Shown here: positions 1-12,756 of the stretch, in pieces
How positions within the stretch are numbered: position 1 is the stretch's first letter
Layout of the letters: every line of letters begins with the position of its first letter
NCBI GenBank assembly: GCA_977862235.1
Contig: OZ374558.1
Span: forward strand, 992,001-1,056,000
Direction of reading: 5' to 3'
DNA: 64,000 nucleotides
From: Dudresnaya verticillata
Taxonomy: Eukaryota
Notes under the pieces: generated by a model
Seen by the model: only the letters and a program-made list of their open reading frames with translations
What the model was told of the DNA's origin: nothing
Database searches by the model: none
Program-made: the position numbers and the translations under genes

Positions 1-117
1 GCAGCATCAGCAGCATCAGCAGCAGCAGCAGCAGCAAAGCTGCAACCCCATTGGCTGACCGCCAAGCCGTGCCACCCGATTGGCTGAATGCTCCGGCGGT
101 ACCAAATCAACGCGCGC
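1..117. repeat. CAG-rich dispersed repeat module, copy 1
   Basis: (CAG)n-AAAGCTgCAACCcCATTGGCTGACCGCCAAGCCG...CCAAATCAACGCGCGC recurs at about 12053-12179. Confidence 0.8.
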
Positions 118-699
118 ACGCGCACTCTCATTGGTGCGCTTGGATTTACAGAGGCGCCGCTACGCTACAGCGATACGATCTTACAGTCCCGCCGTGCGCC
201 TCCATTCTTAATTTATGTGATTAAAACCGCACCTGTGCTGGGGCCTAGAAAGCTACTTTACATAATTAAATTGGTACAGTAGTGCTCATCCGAAGTGAGC
301 TCTCCGTGATCTCGCTGAGGCCGCGTAAATGGCAAACTACAGGGCCACATCAGCGGCGGCGGGGAACGCTCCCGCACGACTCCTCCCCCCCTCCCTCTAC
401 GCGAGCGCGCCAGCACGGATGGAAGCCCGGGGCAGGTAAGCTGAGTTGCGGCGAGAGCAGACCCCTTCGCAACGGGTACACATCCTGCCTGATTCCCGTC
501 GTCGCTACCCCGAGTGGTAGCGGCGCGCCCTGGGGGGCGGGAGGGTTCAACCGGTTATCCGTGGTGGGCGCAGTTCAGAGCGGTGCGAGCGCGAACACGC
601 GAACCGGCGACGCAGCGACCCGAATCCAGATCCAGCGACGCGAATCCAGATCCAGCGACGCGCGACAAATTGTCTTCAATTTAGTGCATAGGGCATTTA

Positions 700-949
700 C
701 ATGTGGTGTAGAGCCTCTTTATGCGCATGAAACGTAATGACAATGCATAGCAAGGGTGTGCATGCGTGTGCACGTCTCGCCGCGTACGATGCTGTGATCC
801 ATTAAAATCCGGATTCGGGTCATCCGGTCTGGATCACAGGCTGTACGGAATGGATCATCTCGCCGTCGCCGCCGCCGCGTCGAGTCTCTACTTGAGACGA
901 GAGTGCACCCACCAGGTCGACAGAGCCTCCCGGGTGTGCCTCTCTCTTT
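700..949 (+). repeat. Left direct repeat of YR retrotransposon
   Basis: CATGTGGTGTAGAGCC...GTGTGCCTCTCTCTTT, near-identical to 4818-5067 (offset 4118, about six substitutions by eye). Confidence 0.95.
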
Positions 950-1053
950 TCAAGAGAGTCCCCAGAATCTCTGGCGGTAGGCTTGTTTCAAGAGAGCCAA
1001 ACGAAGACGGCTAGGAGGGTAGCGACCTACCGCGACCCCTTTATATTGTCACG

Positions 1054-1731
1054 ATGGGTTTCTTTGATACCAGTATCGCGGAACTCAGCGCGTTGATCAT
1101 GAAGGCCAAGAAGGTTGCTGCTGGAATGACCCTGGCAGACGCCGAGATTGATCCGACATGGATGACGGCCTATGCCAAGATTGCTCGGCGATGCCGTGAC
1201 GACAAGGACTTCGGACTGAGCCGGTATCCTTATGAGCAAGGCCCCTCGGTGAATGCCTTCAATGGTGGCTTCTTCGAGCACCGAGAGTGGCCCATCCGCA
1301 AGCATATGGAAAAGCATAATAGTCTACGCCCCGTCGCCGAGTACGAGGCGAACTACATCAACGCGTCGGGTTATTGGATGTCCTTCCACGAGGCTGCAAT
1401 ATCGAGTCGGGAAGCTTTGCAAGAGAAGCAGGCCGACGACGCCCTCAAGTTGGACGTGTGGGCTCTCATGTCCATCCGATACGCTCTAAGAGTTGTCGGA
1501 TTGCGGTGCGAGTTCTAAAAATTGGCGTCCAAGGACCCAACATATGCCAAACTGGTCATGCCTACTCTGGAAGCAAGAGCTGACATGCCTGCTGCGGATG
1601 ACCTGGTAGAGCCAATGGAGAAACTGTAATCTCACATGGCTACGCAATTGATGAAGGCGGTAGCCGCCCTAAGCGCGAGCAACGCAACAAAGCGTGCCGG
1701 AGGTAGGGGTGGCGCCGCCAAGGACCAGTAG
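1054..1731 (+). pseudogene. Putative gag-like ORF1 of YR retrotransposon, two in-frame TAA
   Basis: Frame continues through TAA 1516-1518 and 1627-1629 (EF*KLASKDPTYAKL...MEKL*SHMATQLMKAV...KDQ*); identity inferred from position only. Confidence 0.6.
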
Positions 1732-3689
1732 TCGACATTGGTTATCCGCGTCCGCTTTGGAGAAAGACTCAGAAGAGAGCTGAAGCATGGCGCGATCTCG
1801 GTTGCTCGGAATTCCTCTACCGAGCGATCAAGTTCGGCGTGAGCGACTTGCCTGCTCGCCCGTTCATTCCTGGTCAAGGCGAGGAGCTCGGGGATCTTCC
1901 CCAGACCGAAGAGGATCTCCAGTTCGCATTTGCAGACTTGGAGGAAGGCTGCAGGACGGGTATTTACGAGGAGGTCGGCAGGGAGCACGTGGACAAGGCG
2001 GTGGTTCAGAGAGCGATCCCTTCTTCGGCCTTCACCGTCTGGCAGGAGACCGAGAATGGAAAAAAGGGACGTTTCGTACTGAACGTTTCCAAGCAGTCCA
2101 AAAACTGGGACAAGGGCTCCGTCAGAATGGAGTCGGTGGCGTAGTTCGCAAGTGGGCTACAACAGGGAGATTATCTGCTCTCGATGGATATCGAGAAGGG
2201 ATACAGACACCTTCGTTTAGCCCCTTGGATGCCGGACTGGTTCCTGTTCAAGTACCACGGGCGTTACTTCCGCTGCATCGCATTACCCTTTGGATGGGGG
2301 CGCTCACCAATGTGGTTCACTCGCTTCATGGTCCCGTTCGTAACGGAGCTACGGAGACGGGGATTCCGCGTCCTCGCCTACCTCGACGATTTATTGATCT
2401 CGCCCTCCCCTCTTGGTGTCGTAGCTTCGGTAGAGGACTGCCAGGTTGCTACGAGGGCGATATACAAGCTGATGAGGAACTTGGCGCTCTCCCGTCACGC
2501 GACGAAGGGAGAATGGCAAGGTGCACAGGTAGTCAGTCACCTTGGGGTTGTCATGGACACGAAGCAGATGACGTTCTTCGTCCAGTTGCGGAAGGTCGAG
2601 AAAGTACGCGTTTTAGCGCGCCGACTCCTCAAGGAAGTACGCGTCGGTCGCCGATGGGTCTCAGAACGAGCCCTGCGTCACTTCTGTGGTGTATGCGTGT
2701 CGCTTACGCTGGCTATGCCATTGGCGCGCTTCTACACCCGATCACTATACTGGGACCTGTCCAAAGCACGCATGGATCAACGTGGGAGGCGTCGGATCAG
2801 TCACCAGGGCATACGGGACTTGTTGAAGTGGAAGGAGTTGTCCACAGCCGAACTGCAGGGACGCTGCATGCACCCGGTACAGCCCGATGCCGCGATGCAT
2901 ACCGACGCCGCCGACTTTGGATATGGAGGGACCCTAAATTTCCGCAGCTTTCTTCCTGGAATCGATGGACAATGGCGCGCACAGGGAGTATGGAGCTGGC
3001 GAGACCGAGCTTCCTGCATATCTCTGCGGGAGTTGAAGACAATCCGAAAGCTCCTCGCCGGCAAGCTCGGGAGCAAGTTGACCGCTCCAGAAAAGAAGAA
3101 CCTGCTGCTACACGTCGACAATCAGGCTGTAGTCCATGTCGCGAATGCCTTTGTTTCCTCCAGTCGTCCCATGATGCGCGAGCTGCGACGTTTTGAGGTG
3201 GTCCTGGATCAACTGGGGCTGGACATCCGCAGCGAGTGGATTCCTTCGGCCGCAAACCGTTTCGCAGATGCCCTCTCGCGACGGTTCCCAGCCGGCGACC
3301 TCCAGATCCGCAAGCAGCTGCTGCGTTCCGTGCGGGATGGAATGGCAGCACCAGTCCAATCGTTTCGTTACCGGCCGTTGGGAGAGCATCCCGTCTTCCG
3401 ACGCCGTCAGGCCTTTCGGGAACTGGACGCGCGTCGGCACGCGACGGACCAAGTACGGCTGTTATCACTGCCAGTGGACCTGATACAGGCGACAGTTCTC
3501 AAGTTGCAGCGCACCGAGGCCCCCGCAGTCCTCCTGATACCAGAATGGCCACGCCAGCCTTGGTACCACGCTTCGATGCGTCTGGCCGGCCGGGTACAAC
3601 GGCTCCCCCTCAACACCACGGACGTGTGGGAGGCACAGCGCACACTGAACCCGTAGTGGCGTCTCCTGGCTTTGGAGATCAACTTGTAA
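1707..3689 (+). pseudogene. Reverse transcriptase / RNase H / methyltransferase-like polyprotein
   Basis: One frame with TAG at 2142 and 3654. RT motifs DIEKGYRH, LPFGWGRSP, YLDD; RNase H HTDAA, ISLRELK, VDN, NRFADALSR; DIRS MT-like tail VLLIPEWPRQPWY. Confidence 0.9.
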
Positions 3690-3706
3690 CCCGGGCCACT
3701 GCTCGA

Positions 3707-4759
3707 ATGAGACTTGCTGCAGTCGGTTCATCACGCGTACAGGCTATCGCGGGTACCAGTGAAGGGGCTCAGCGTTCGCTACAGCTGGTGGCCTCTTTTT
3801 CATGGAGCCCACGTAATGTGCAATCTAGGAACAGCCAATGGGAGACATGGGTTCAGTTCTGTACTGAGGAGAACCGAACAATTCTCCCAGTCACCGAGGG
3901 ACACCTGGTCGCGTACATTGGATGGCTGTGCCTAGCGCGGGAACGAGGGACCCGTCGCGTTGGGCCCGCATCGGTGCCTCAGTACCTCAGCGCCGTCAGA
4001 CAGATGCAACTTTTGCTGGCGGGTGAACACGTCCCGTCTTTTCCGTTCGTCTCGCATGTACTGCGGGCGTACTCCCGATCGGAAGAAGGCACGTACCCAG
4101 CTGCAAGTGTCCGGTGTGGAATACCTGCCAAGTCCGTTCATCAGATATGGGCATTAGGGATGACAAGCCCAACTATCAGAGTTATCCGTGATTGTGCCAT
4201 GGTTGTATGGTCGTTTTGTTTTAATGGTCTTCGAGAGAGCTCTGTGAATTCACAGTTGTCCGTCAACGTGGACCTGGAGGAGAGTCATGTGATTGCTCGC
4301 CTGACAATGGTAAAGGGCCAACGGGAGAGCAAGGTGGCACTGGTACGGTACGACCGCTTACCGTCACTCCAGTCCCCGATTGACCTCTGGAGCCGTTGGG
4401 ACGCGGTTCGTGGAACACGTCCTATAAGTCGCTTCTTCGCCCTTCCTGGGGAGAGCGCAGAGACGGCATGGACATTACTGAATGATGCCCTTCAGCATTG
4501 CTTACAACATCTCGCCCTCCAGCCGCCCCTGCATGAGAAATTTACGTCACATTCGTTACGTATCGGTGCCCACACCGAACAAGTACTGTTGGGCATCCCG
4601 CTCGCGGTGCGGCTTGCTCGTTTCGGCTGGGGCCCAAATAGTGACGCCATGGCTCATCTCTATTTCGATCGCACGCTTCGGACTACCGCCGAGTCTTTCT
4701 GGTTTTTCGGGAGCGGAGCCGGCCTTCCCTGTTCCGCTACCGTTTCCACAGTCGCATGA
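3707..4759 (+). CDS. Tyrosine recombinase of YR retrotransposon
   Basis: N-terminal W..FC...Y.GWL...SVPQYLSAV region; catalytic R (GLRES), HxxR (HSLR), RFGW and Tyr (HLYF); ATG at 3707 within ORF 3236-4759. Confidence 0.9.
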   Translation: MRLAAVGSSRVQAIAGTSEGAQRSLQLVASFSWSPRNVQSRNSQWETWVQFCTEENRTILPVTEGHLVAYIGWLCLARERGTRRVGPASVPQYLSAVRQMQLLLAGEHVPSFPFVSHVLRAYSRSEEGTYPAASVRCGIPAKSVHQIWALGMTSPTIRVIRDCAMVVWSFCFNGLRESSVNSQLSVNVDLEESHVIARLTMVKGQRESKVALVRYDRLPSLQSPIDLWSRWDAVRGTRPISRFFALPGESAETAWTLLNDALQHCLQHLALQPPLHEKFTSHSLRIGAHTEQVLLGIPLAVRLARFGWGPNSDAMAHLYFDRTLRTTAESFWFFGSGAGLPCSATVSTVA

Positions 4760-4817
4760 TTCGACTGCCGCCGCTTTGTGGCACCGGTTCATGCCTCGGG
4801 TATTATATGGGGGGTTT

Positions 4818-5067
4818 CATGTGGTGTAGAGCCTCTTTATGCGCATGAAACGTAATGAAAATGCATAGCAAGGGTGTGCATGCGTGTGCACGTCTCGCCA
4901 CGTACGATGCTGTGATCCATTAAAATCCGGATTCGGGTCATCCGGTCTGGATCACAGGCTGTACGGAATGGATCAGCTCGCCGTCGCCGCCGCCGCATCG
5001 AGTCTCTACTTGAGACGAGAGTGCACCCACCAGGTTGACAGAGCCTCCCGGGTGTGCCTCTATCTTT
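4818..5067 (+). repeat. Right direct repeat of YR retrotransposon
   Basis: Near-identical to 700-949. Confidence 0.95.
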
Positions 5068-5223
5068 CCCGCCCTCCGTCCCTTCTTTCAGACTGGTACC
5101 TCTCTCTTTAACGGGTAATAGGAACCAATGCTGTTAGTATATCCGAATAACCAAATATAATCGCCGCATGACAATAGTAATTAAGGGTTAGTTCTGTTGC
5201 TGCTGGGAGGCTCTCCCAATAGG

Positions 5224-5393
5224 GGAGGAGGCCGCGCAAACTTTCCCCAGCTGGCTAGTAAACATCATTGTTTCGGTAGGAAAAGAAAAAGAAAAAGAAA
5301 AAGAAAAAGGAGGAGGCCGCACAAACTTTCCCCAGCTGGCTAGTAAACATCATTGTTTCGGTAGGAAAAGAAAAAGAAAAAGAAAAAAGAAAA
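5224..5393. repeat. 85-bp tandem duplication ending in (AAAAAG)n
   Basis: GGAGGAGGCCGCrCAAACTTTCCCCAGCTGGCTAGTAAACATCATTG... starts at 5224 and 5309. Confidence 0.9.
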
Positions 5394-6222
5394 ACCAAAA
5401 GAAAAAGAAAATCAATAGTTGCCTAATTAGACTCTGCCCGCACGCGCAAAAATAAATCATAAGTCAAAAAAGACTTAGGAAAAAATTGCATTGCTGTCCG
5501 CGTCCTGGATCGGGCTCTGAAAAATCGTCGCCGGTTGCGTACTAGCGCTAACCTTTTTTTGCGGTTTCAGTTTCGCTTTGGTGACGGACCCCTGGTAACC
5601 ATCGCGACCAATCGTCTGCTAGTGCAAGCCCCACAGATTGTGACTCGGGGGGCGGCAATTCGGCAACTCTGAGTACCCTTTGCGTTGAGCCTATTGGTTC
5701 CGCGAGGCGAAAGGGCGACCCGTTTGCTTTGGACAGTGCTTCGGCAGCCCGGTCTAAGTGCGTCTCTTTGGAGGGCAGATGTGTAACGGCAGCAACACTC
5801 CGGTGTTGTCGGTTAAAGAAACATATCTCTCCCCCGCTTCCGGGCCCTAGGGGGAGTAAGGCAAGGAGCCCTTGGGTATTTTGCGGTGGAACCACCAACG
5901 TCAGGGTATCCATACGTTGCCCTGGGGAGCGCAGGACGGTTTTGGATGCACAAAGGTTACACTTTGTGTACTTGACGTACGTATTGACCTGCGCCAAAGG
6001 AGAAGGCAGAAGAGAGAAGGCAGAAGGTATAAGACAGAAGACAGTCCGGTGTGCCCAAAATCAAGGGTGCGGCGCGCCGTGCTTAAGTGAAAATCAGTGC
6101 GGAGCGCTCAGAGGAAGCATTATAGTCTGCGCAGCACGTCGTCCTTAAACCAAGGGGGGACACAAGTTAAGGGGGTTAGAAGAGGGAAGCAGAGAAGTCT
6201 CCAAGAGGAATTGGTGGTCAAG

Positions 6223-9200
6223 ATGGTTCGCGGAGGCCCCAGACCCAACTCTGGGGGTCCGTGTCCTAACTCAGGAGGGGCTCGTGCCAACTCTGGCGGC
6301 GCCCGTGCCAACGCTGGTGGCGCCCGTGCCAACTCCGGTGGTGCCCGTCCAAGTACTGGAGGTCCACGTCCAAATGCTGGTGGCTCACGTGAGAACGCAG
6401 GAGGCCCGCGCCCGAATGCCGGAGGGTCACGTCAGTACGCCGGGGGGTCGCGCCCGAATACAGGAGGTCCGCGTGAAAACGCAGGAGGACCGCGTGATAA
6501 CGCAGGAGGATCACGTCTGAACACAGGAGGCCCACGTCAGAACGCAGATGGGCCGCGTGAAAATGCGGGGGGGTCGCGGTTGAATACAGGAGGTCCACGG
6601 GAGAATACAGGAGGACCGCGACAGAACGCAGGAGGGCGAAGTGAGAATTCAGGCGGTGCTCGAACCAATCAGGAGGATCACGATCGAAAGCAGGAGGAGC
6701 ACGGTCCAATGCGGGAGGAGCACGGTCCAATGCAGGGGGGCACGATCGAACGCAGGAGGAGCACGGTCGAATGCAGGAGGGGCACGGTCGAATGCAGGAG
6801 GGGCACGGTAGAATGCAGGGGGGCACGTCGAGGGGCCGGGAGACAGAGGAGAAGGACGATTCCGGAGCCGGACCAAGGAAGTGTTGCGGAGCAAGGGGAC
6901 CACGTACCGGTCGGGCCGGCCGTTGAAAGCGTTGAGCCGAACATAGCACAGTCCGTTCCTGGGAGCACTGAGAGGACGATGATGTTAGAGGTTGGGAGGG
7001 TGGAACGTGGGCTATTTAAAGTCTACTACGCATTCGGTAGCTGAGCTGAAGAAGCAAAGGAGCAAGACGTAGTTACGTCGGACTTTGACTATCCAAGGGA
7101 TACAAGGAGAAGTTGTTCGAAGTGCGGAGATCCGACTCACAATTCACGACGTTGTCCGCTGAAGGGATGGGTACTGTACATAGGCACTTGCAAGTACTGT
7201 GGCAGTATGCTCGTCGGCAAAGAAGGCGACGGAGTGTGCTGTGGGAAGAGGAGTACTTCAGGATGGGGTGTGACGTTTCGAAGAAGGCATTTGTCGAGTC
7301 AGCTGAAGGAAATGTACAAGATGCGAGCGTTCCGTACGATGTCAGTGCAGCTGAACACACTGTTTGCGACGTGTTTGTCATTTATGGATCTTAAGTTCGT
7401 GCCGTCCGGTGGACCGTCGTTCATGAAGCTGTTCGGCAACGCAGCGATCGCTGTACCGAGACGTGATGCGCGCTACACTTTTCTGTGGTCCAATGACGCC
7501 CCGAGTTTGAGAGAGGGAGACCAGAGGTCAAGGCTGTTGCGAGATGCAGTTCGTAACAGCAATGTACGCGCCATGGTTCCTGTACTGTACGACAAAATAC
7601 TGCCTCCCCCACGCATTATGCGTGAAAGGTACCGAACACTGGTTTCGGGAACTGATCGTGCACGAGGCGCGGGAAGTTCAGCGCAAGGCCAAGAATCGGC
7701 AGTCGATACTGTAGAAGTGAATGACCAAGTTGCAAACGACGGTGTGGTTGTGGAAAACTATCGTGGAAGGCAGGTTGGTGAGGTACAAGCTGTGACAGGA
7801 GTTGGACCGCTGCCACAAGGCCAAGCAGGAGTTCCGATGCACCTCCTAAGTTACACTGTTGAACCTTCTGGTCTATGCCGATCCGATCAGCCGGTCGTGC
7901 AGTTGGTTGGCAATGCTGACATTGAACCGGATCCCGAACGTGGAACACATGTTGTGAAGTATCGTACACTTAACGTGGGCTCCAAGATAGCGGAGGTGGG
8001 CCCGTTCCCGTTACTGTATCCGTGCGGAGATGAAAATGAGCCGTTTGACTTGGCACGGTTCATTCAAGCAAAGTCAGATAACACTGAGCCGTCGGGTACG
8101 AGAGAAGCGAATAAGAAGAAGCTCCAGAAGCTCATTTGGGCGGCAAACGTCAAGCGCCGCCTGTACACGGACAATATTCTACAGGAGAGCGGTACAATAT
8201 TCCAGGTATGGCTACTGCGAACTGCTACAAACATCGAGGACCAGCGACTCAAGTTCTTGGAGCGGGAGCAGACATCAAGAATCGTATAGGGGAGGGAGCT
8301 GCAGGAAACTGTAATGGATGACGACGACACGTATCGTATTGGGAGACTGTTCCTTCCGGATAACCACGTGAACTCAGCGTCATATTGGAAAGGGAAGCTC
8401 CTGGACGTACAAGCTATGGTCACTAGGAGGCATGTCCCCTCTCTGCTCGTGACTGTGACAATGAATATGTGGCGTGAGGAGATGGGCAGACTGGGCTTGG
8501 ACGTAGATCATCGAAGTACGTTCCAGCCTCATGACCGTCGACCACGTCTGTTTGATCGTCCCGATATCACGGCAAGAGTCTACAACCAGTTCGCCAACGA
8601 TGTCATGAGAGAGATTGAGTCCAACTCGGAGGAATAATTTGGACGCCGTTGTATCGGAATCGCTTCCAAGTTGGAGTTTCAGGAACGTAACACGCCACAC
8701 AACCACATACTAGTGTTTCTAGAGGGCGGCCTGCTGGAAGACTTGGACGAGATTGACGGGATTATCAGTGCCGAGTTGCCTTTGGCGTCCGAGGATCCAG
8801 AACTCCGGGAACTGGTGATGCGTTTCAACAGACACCGGCACTCTCCGTACTGTAGAGGGAGTACTCGTAATGGAAGGTGTCGTTTTGGATACGACCAGAC
8901 TGCAGTGACGCCGACAACCTACATGGATGAGACCTGCAATCGCGTGGTGTACCGCAGAAGGAAAGAGGAATATCTGAAAGTAGTCCCGTACAATGCCAAG
9001 TTGACAAGGACGTATCGTTGCCAAATCAACGTGGAACGGACCCAGGGAGGAGGGGCAGTCGCGTACCTGATGAAGTACACATTCAAGCCACCGAAACTTC
9101 AAGACGTGGAGATTCAAACGGAGCCAGAGAGGCAGGGCACCCGGAACCCAGCAAGGGACGACATTCGCAACGACATCCGCCTACACATGCATGCGAGAAT

Positions 9201-11631
9201 GAGTGGCTCCGTTGAGGCAGCTTGTTCGTTACTCGAGTTCAGGCATGTCAAGTTGAATCCACTGGTGACAGCCTACCCGGTGCACTTGGAGGGAGCGCGC
9301 CACATTGTCATCAGGAACACCAACCTTCCACGGGGACCGGGACAGCTAGGCGACTCACCGCTGCTGCGCTACTTCAAGCGTCCGTCACAGTACAGGTCGA
9401 AAACATTTCTCGACTACATGGAAGGATTCAAACTGTACAAGACGCTTCCGAGGAGTATACAGTCGAGGAGTCAGGATATTCCAAGAGACGACGGCTCTCC
9501 TCGAAACTATGTCTTCAAAAGGGGCTCGGATGAAGACTCGGTGGCACGCATCCGCTTCGTTTCCCCAGCAAACGTCGAGCTGTTCGCGCTTCGGACAATC
9601 CTGATTCAGAGGCCGATTGAATCCTTTGCGCAAGCCAAAGGATTTGAAGGGCGTAACTACGGCTCCTTCTGCGATGTTGCAGTGGCAATGGGACTGTATG
9701 CGGATGGAAACGAGTACGACAGATCCTTTGAAGAGGCAGTAAGTATGCATTCGACACCTTCAAGTCTGCGCTTCATGATCGTGACTCTGTACCAGCAGGG
9801 AGGAAATCCAGAACGCATGCTCCACAGACACTCAGAGTACTTGATGTCAGACATTCAACTCGGATCTACGTCGCAGAAGAAGGCAGAGTTGATGCGCAGA
9901 CTGATTGAGATATCAGATCGCCATGGAGGGAACCTCCTGCGACAGCATCGAGCCTTCCGCTCCTTTGTTACCTCACAGCATAGGTCAACGGAAGTGGAGA
10001 GGGTACAGAGTGAGATACAGCAAGCATCGTCGTCGGCAAGCTCACGAAAAGCGGTAGAAGACAAGTACAGGACGTTGAACTCACAGCAGAAGCGAGTGTT
10101 CGATCAGATCATGTCTGTCATGTTGGAACGTCACCGAGAAGACCCACTGGCTACGGATGGAAAGATGTTCTTCCTACAGGGCCATGCAGGGACAGGGAAG
10201 AAATACCTTCTGTCTTTGCTTCGGGATATGGCGGAGTGCAGGGGAATGCATGTGGAAATCACCGGTACTACAGGAATTGCAGCGTCTCTATACCGTGGTG
10301 GTCGCACACTGCACAGTCTCCTCGCACTGGGCGTTGACGACAAGGACAGTTCTGAACGACACGCCAAGCTTTCTAAATACGGTCCACGATCTCAGAGGGC
10401 AGCGATGATTCGGAACATGTCACTTCTTATCGTAGACGAGGCCTCTATGATGCAAAGAGTGCTATTTGAGCACGTGGATGCCATCCTCAAAGACTTGCGA
10501 GTGCGACCGGAAGCTCATCGTGGAAACGGAGGCAGTAGCAATGCCTCGAATAGCTCGGGGTCAAGTTCAGACAAGCCGCTCTTCGGTGGGTTAAGCATCG
10601 TATTTGCAGGCGACTACCTTCAGCTGTTGCCAGCTGTTCCGTCGCGGAGGCTTCAAGAAGACGAGCATGGGAACAAAGAATACGTCAACGTGTCCTTACT
10701 AGACGAACTACCTTGGGCATCCTCCCTCTGGCAGGCTGTGAAGGTGCTGCGCATTACTCAACACATTCGTCAGGGAGAAGATCAGAGATTCAGCCGACTG
10801 CTCATATCAATCGCTACTGGAAGGTTTCCTACAACAAGCAAGCTTCCACTGTCTTCGACGGGGAACATACAAGCTTCGTACGAACTTCTATGGAAGTGCG
10901 CAGTAACACGCAACCCTGCACACGTCGAACTTAACCGTATGATCGTGTGCCCGACAAATGCACTGGTCGACGAGCATAACACAGAGTGCTTGGAACGCTT
11001 CCCGGGCAGTTCGTTCTCACTGCGTTCCGCCACAAGTATCGTTCAAATCCGCGGCCGTAACAGAGATGGAAACCCAGTCGGGAACACCATCGTTCCAGAG
11101 ATGACCTACCGCTACATGCCGACTGGGGTACCTCCGCACGAATTGAAACTGAAGTTGGGTGTCCCGGCAATGGTAATACGAAATGTTCTACACCCGCACA
11201 TTGTTAACGGTGCAATATTCGCCTTCAAACGCTACAGTCGAAGAATGGTTTACGTAGCCAAGCTGAACGAAAGCGGGGATAGGGAGGAAGTGGAAACTTA
11301 CGCGCTACACCGTATCGACTTCCAGTATGACTTCCACGGCGTTCGAGTTACCCGCAGGTAGTTTCCGCTTCGTCTAGCATTTAGTGCTACAGTGCACAAG
11401 GCACAAGGCCAAACGTTGCGCAAGATGATCGTGGACTTGCGATCCAAATTCTTCTCTCCGGGTCAGCTCTATGTCGCCCTGTATCGCGTTAAGAAGTCGA
11501 ATGACGTCCTTCTCCTGCACAACGAAGAAGACCACCCATCCAGCACCGACCACCCCTTCCACAACATGCCATTAGTGGTTGGAAATCCATTTCTGCCTGA
11601 AGCAGTCACGTTTGTGGAACAACGTCACTGA
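6223..11631 (+). pseudogene. Helitron Rep-helicase (HUH endonuclease plus PIF1-family helicase)
   Basis: ORFs 6097, 7207, 8314, 8671 and 11392 share one frame, split by stops at 7042, 8287, 8635, 11359. Rep motifs LVTVTMN, EFQERNTPHNH, YLMKYTFK; helicase [32 protein letters not shown]. Confidence 0.95.
6229..6843 (+). repeat. 21-bp coding minisatellite encoding GG[APS]RxN[AST] heptads
   Basis: Roughly 28-29 degenerate units; the distal part is displaced by three single-base losses. Confidence 0.85.
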
Positions 11632-11994
11632 AATTAAGTGGTTTAGGTGCTTTTAATGTTTGTCCCTTTTTTCATCGGCCTCTTAAAGGCCTTGATTTTT
11701 CTAGCAGCCTCTTAAAGGCCCTCAAGTCTCTTTTCTGCATTAAATCGTCTTGAAAATACCTCTCAAGACTTTTCACTTCTGCTTCCGACACACAATTTTA
11801 CCTTCAACTCAGCAGTACAATCCAGCACCAGAACGTCAGAGACGGCACATCGCGGCGCCGCGCGCCGCGGTGTCTTCCCTTATTCTCCCCATAGTAATGA
11901 TTTGTAGGTGTACAAGGCCCCTCGAGGGCTTCGTACACGTAAAAAATTACAAAAAAAGCAACCGCCCGCCATTACCATCCCTTGCCGCCAAATT

Positions 11995-12380
11995 ATTTCT
12001 ACGCACGCCTAAAAATATTACTAGATCACCCTTTTACGCCCAATAGAAAAATTCAGCAGCAGCATCAGCAGCAGCAGCAGCAGCAGCAAAGCTACAACCT
12101 CATTGGCTGACCGCCAAGCCGCGGCACCCCATTGGCTGTATTTTCCCGCGGTACCGGCTGGCGCCAAATCAACGCGCGCGCAAGTAGTATTAGCCCGGTC
12201 AGGTCTCGAAAAATAAACTAAATTCTATTGTATCGATGCGCCAACAAATCCACTTGGCGCCACAACAGTTTCTACGCATACGAAATTATATCTAAAACAC
12301 ACGGCCGCAGCGCCAATGAAAAAAATCAGCAGCAGCAGCAGCCACAGCAGCAGCAGCAGCAAAGGTCACCATTGATTGGG
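11995..12380. repeat. Two degenerate tandem CAG-rich modules
   Basis: TTTCTACGCA...CGCC(C)AAT(A)GAAAAA..TCAGCAGCAG...AAAG occurs twice (CAG runs start 12053 and 12326); first copy matches window start. Confidence 0.7.
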
Positions 12381-12756
12381 GGCGCCGTCCGCGATCGGTT
12401 CGCGTGATTCCATCGCCGCCTCGACGCTGGCGATGGGGGAGGAAGTTGAGAGCGTCGAAAGCTTGGAGCGTATGGCACTGGTCGACAGGCAGCTGTACGC
12501 GTGGGGGAGGGAGTGTTGGTGGTCGTGGTGAGCGATGACCAGACCACCCCCCACCCCTCGGAGCCGCAGAGACTTCTCCCTAAATATCCCATCGCGGCTC
12601 AGCGCGGGCACACCCGACGTGGCATCGACGCCCGTCACCGACGGACGCCCGGGGGCCCGCTGGCCAATCCCGGGCGCCATCTTGGCCACCCCACAGCGTG
12701 CGCGTCGTAACGGTCGCGACCGAGGCGTTCGCGCTTGAGGGGGGGTTGTGTCGCAT

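Larger units (their letters stand above)
700..5067 (+). mobile_element. Tyrosine-recombinase retrotransposon (DIRS/PAT/Ngaro group), degenerate
   Basis: gag-like ORF, RT/RNase H/MT-like ORF and YR ORF between two ~250-bp direct repeats. Confidence 0.92.

Noticed and set aside
1787..3196. 469-aa overlapping ORF in the YR element
   Set aside because: No recognisable motif; probably a shadow frame of the RT ORF, although overlapping ORFs do occur in DIRS-group elements.
6229..6843. CRISPR-like array
   Set aside because: Degenerate 21-bp coding tandem repeat with no unique spacers and no cas genes; eukaryotic context.
12053..12330. TCAGCAG starts as Helitron 5' TC termini
   Set aside because: Similarity between the two copies extends upstream of the TC, so they are internal repeats.
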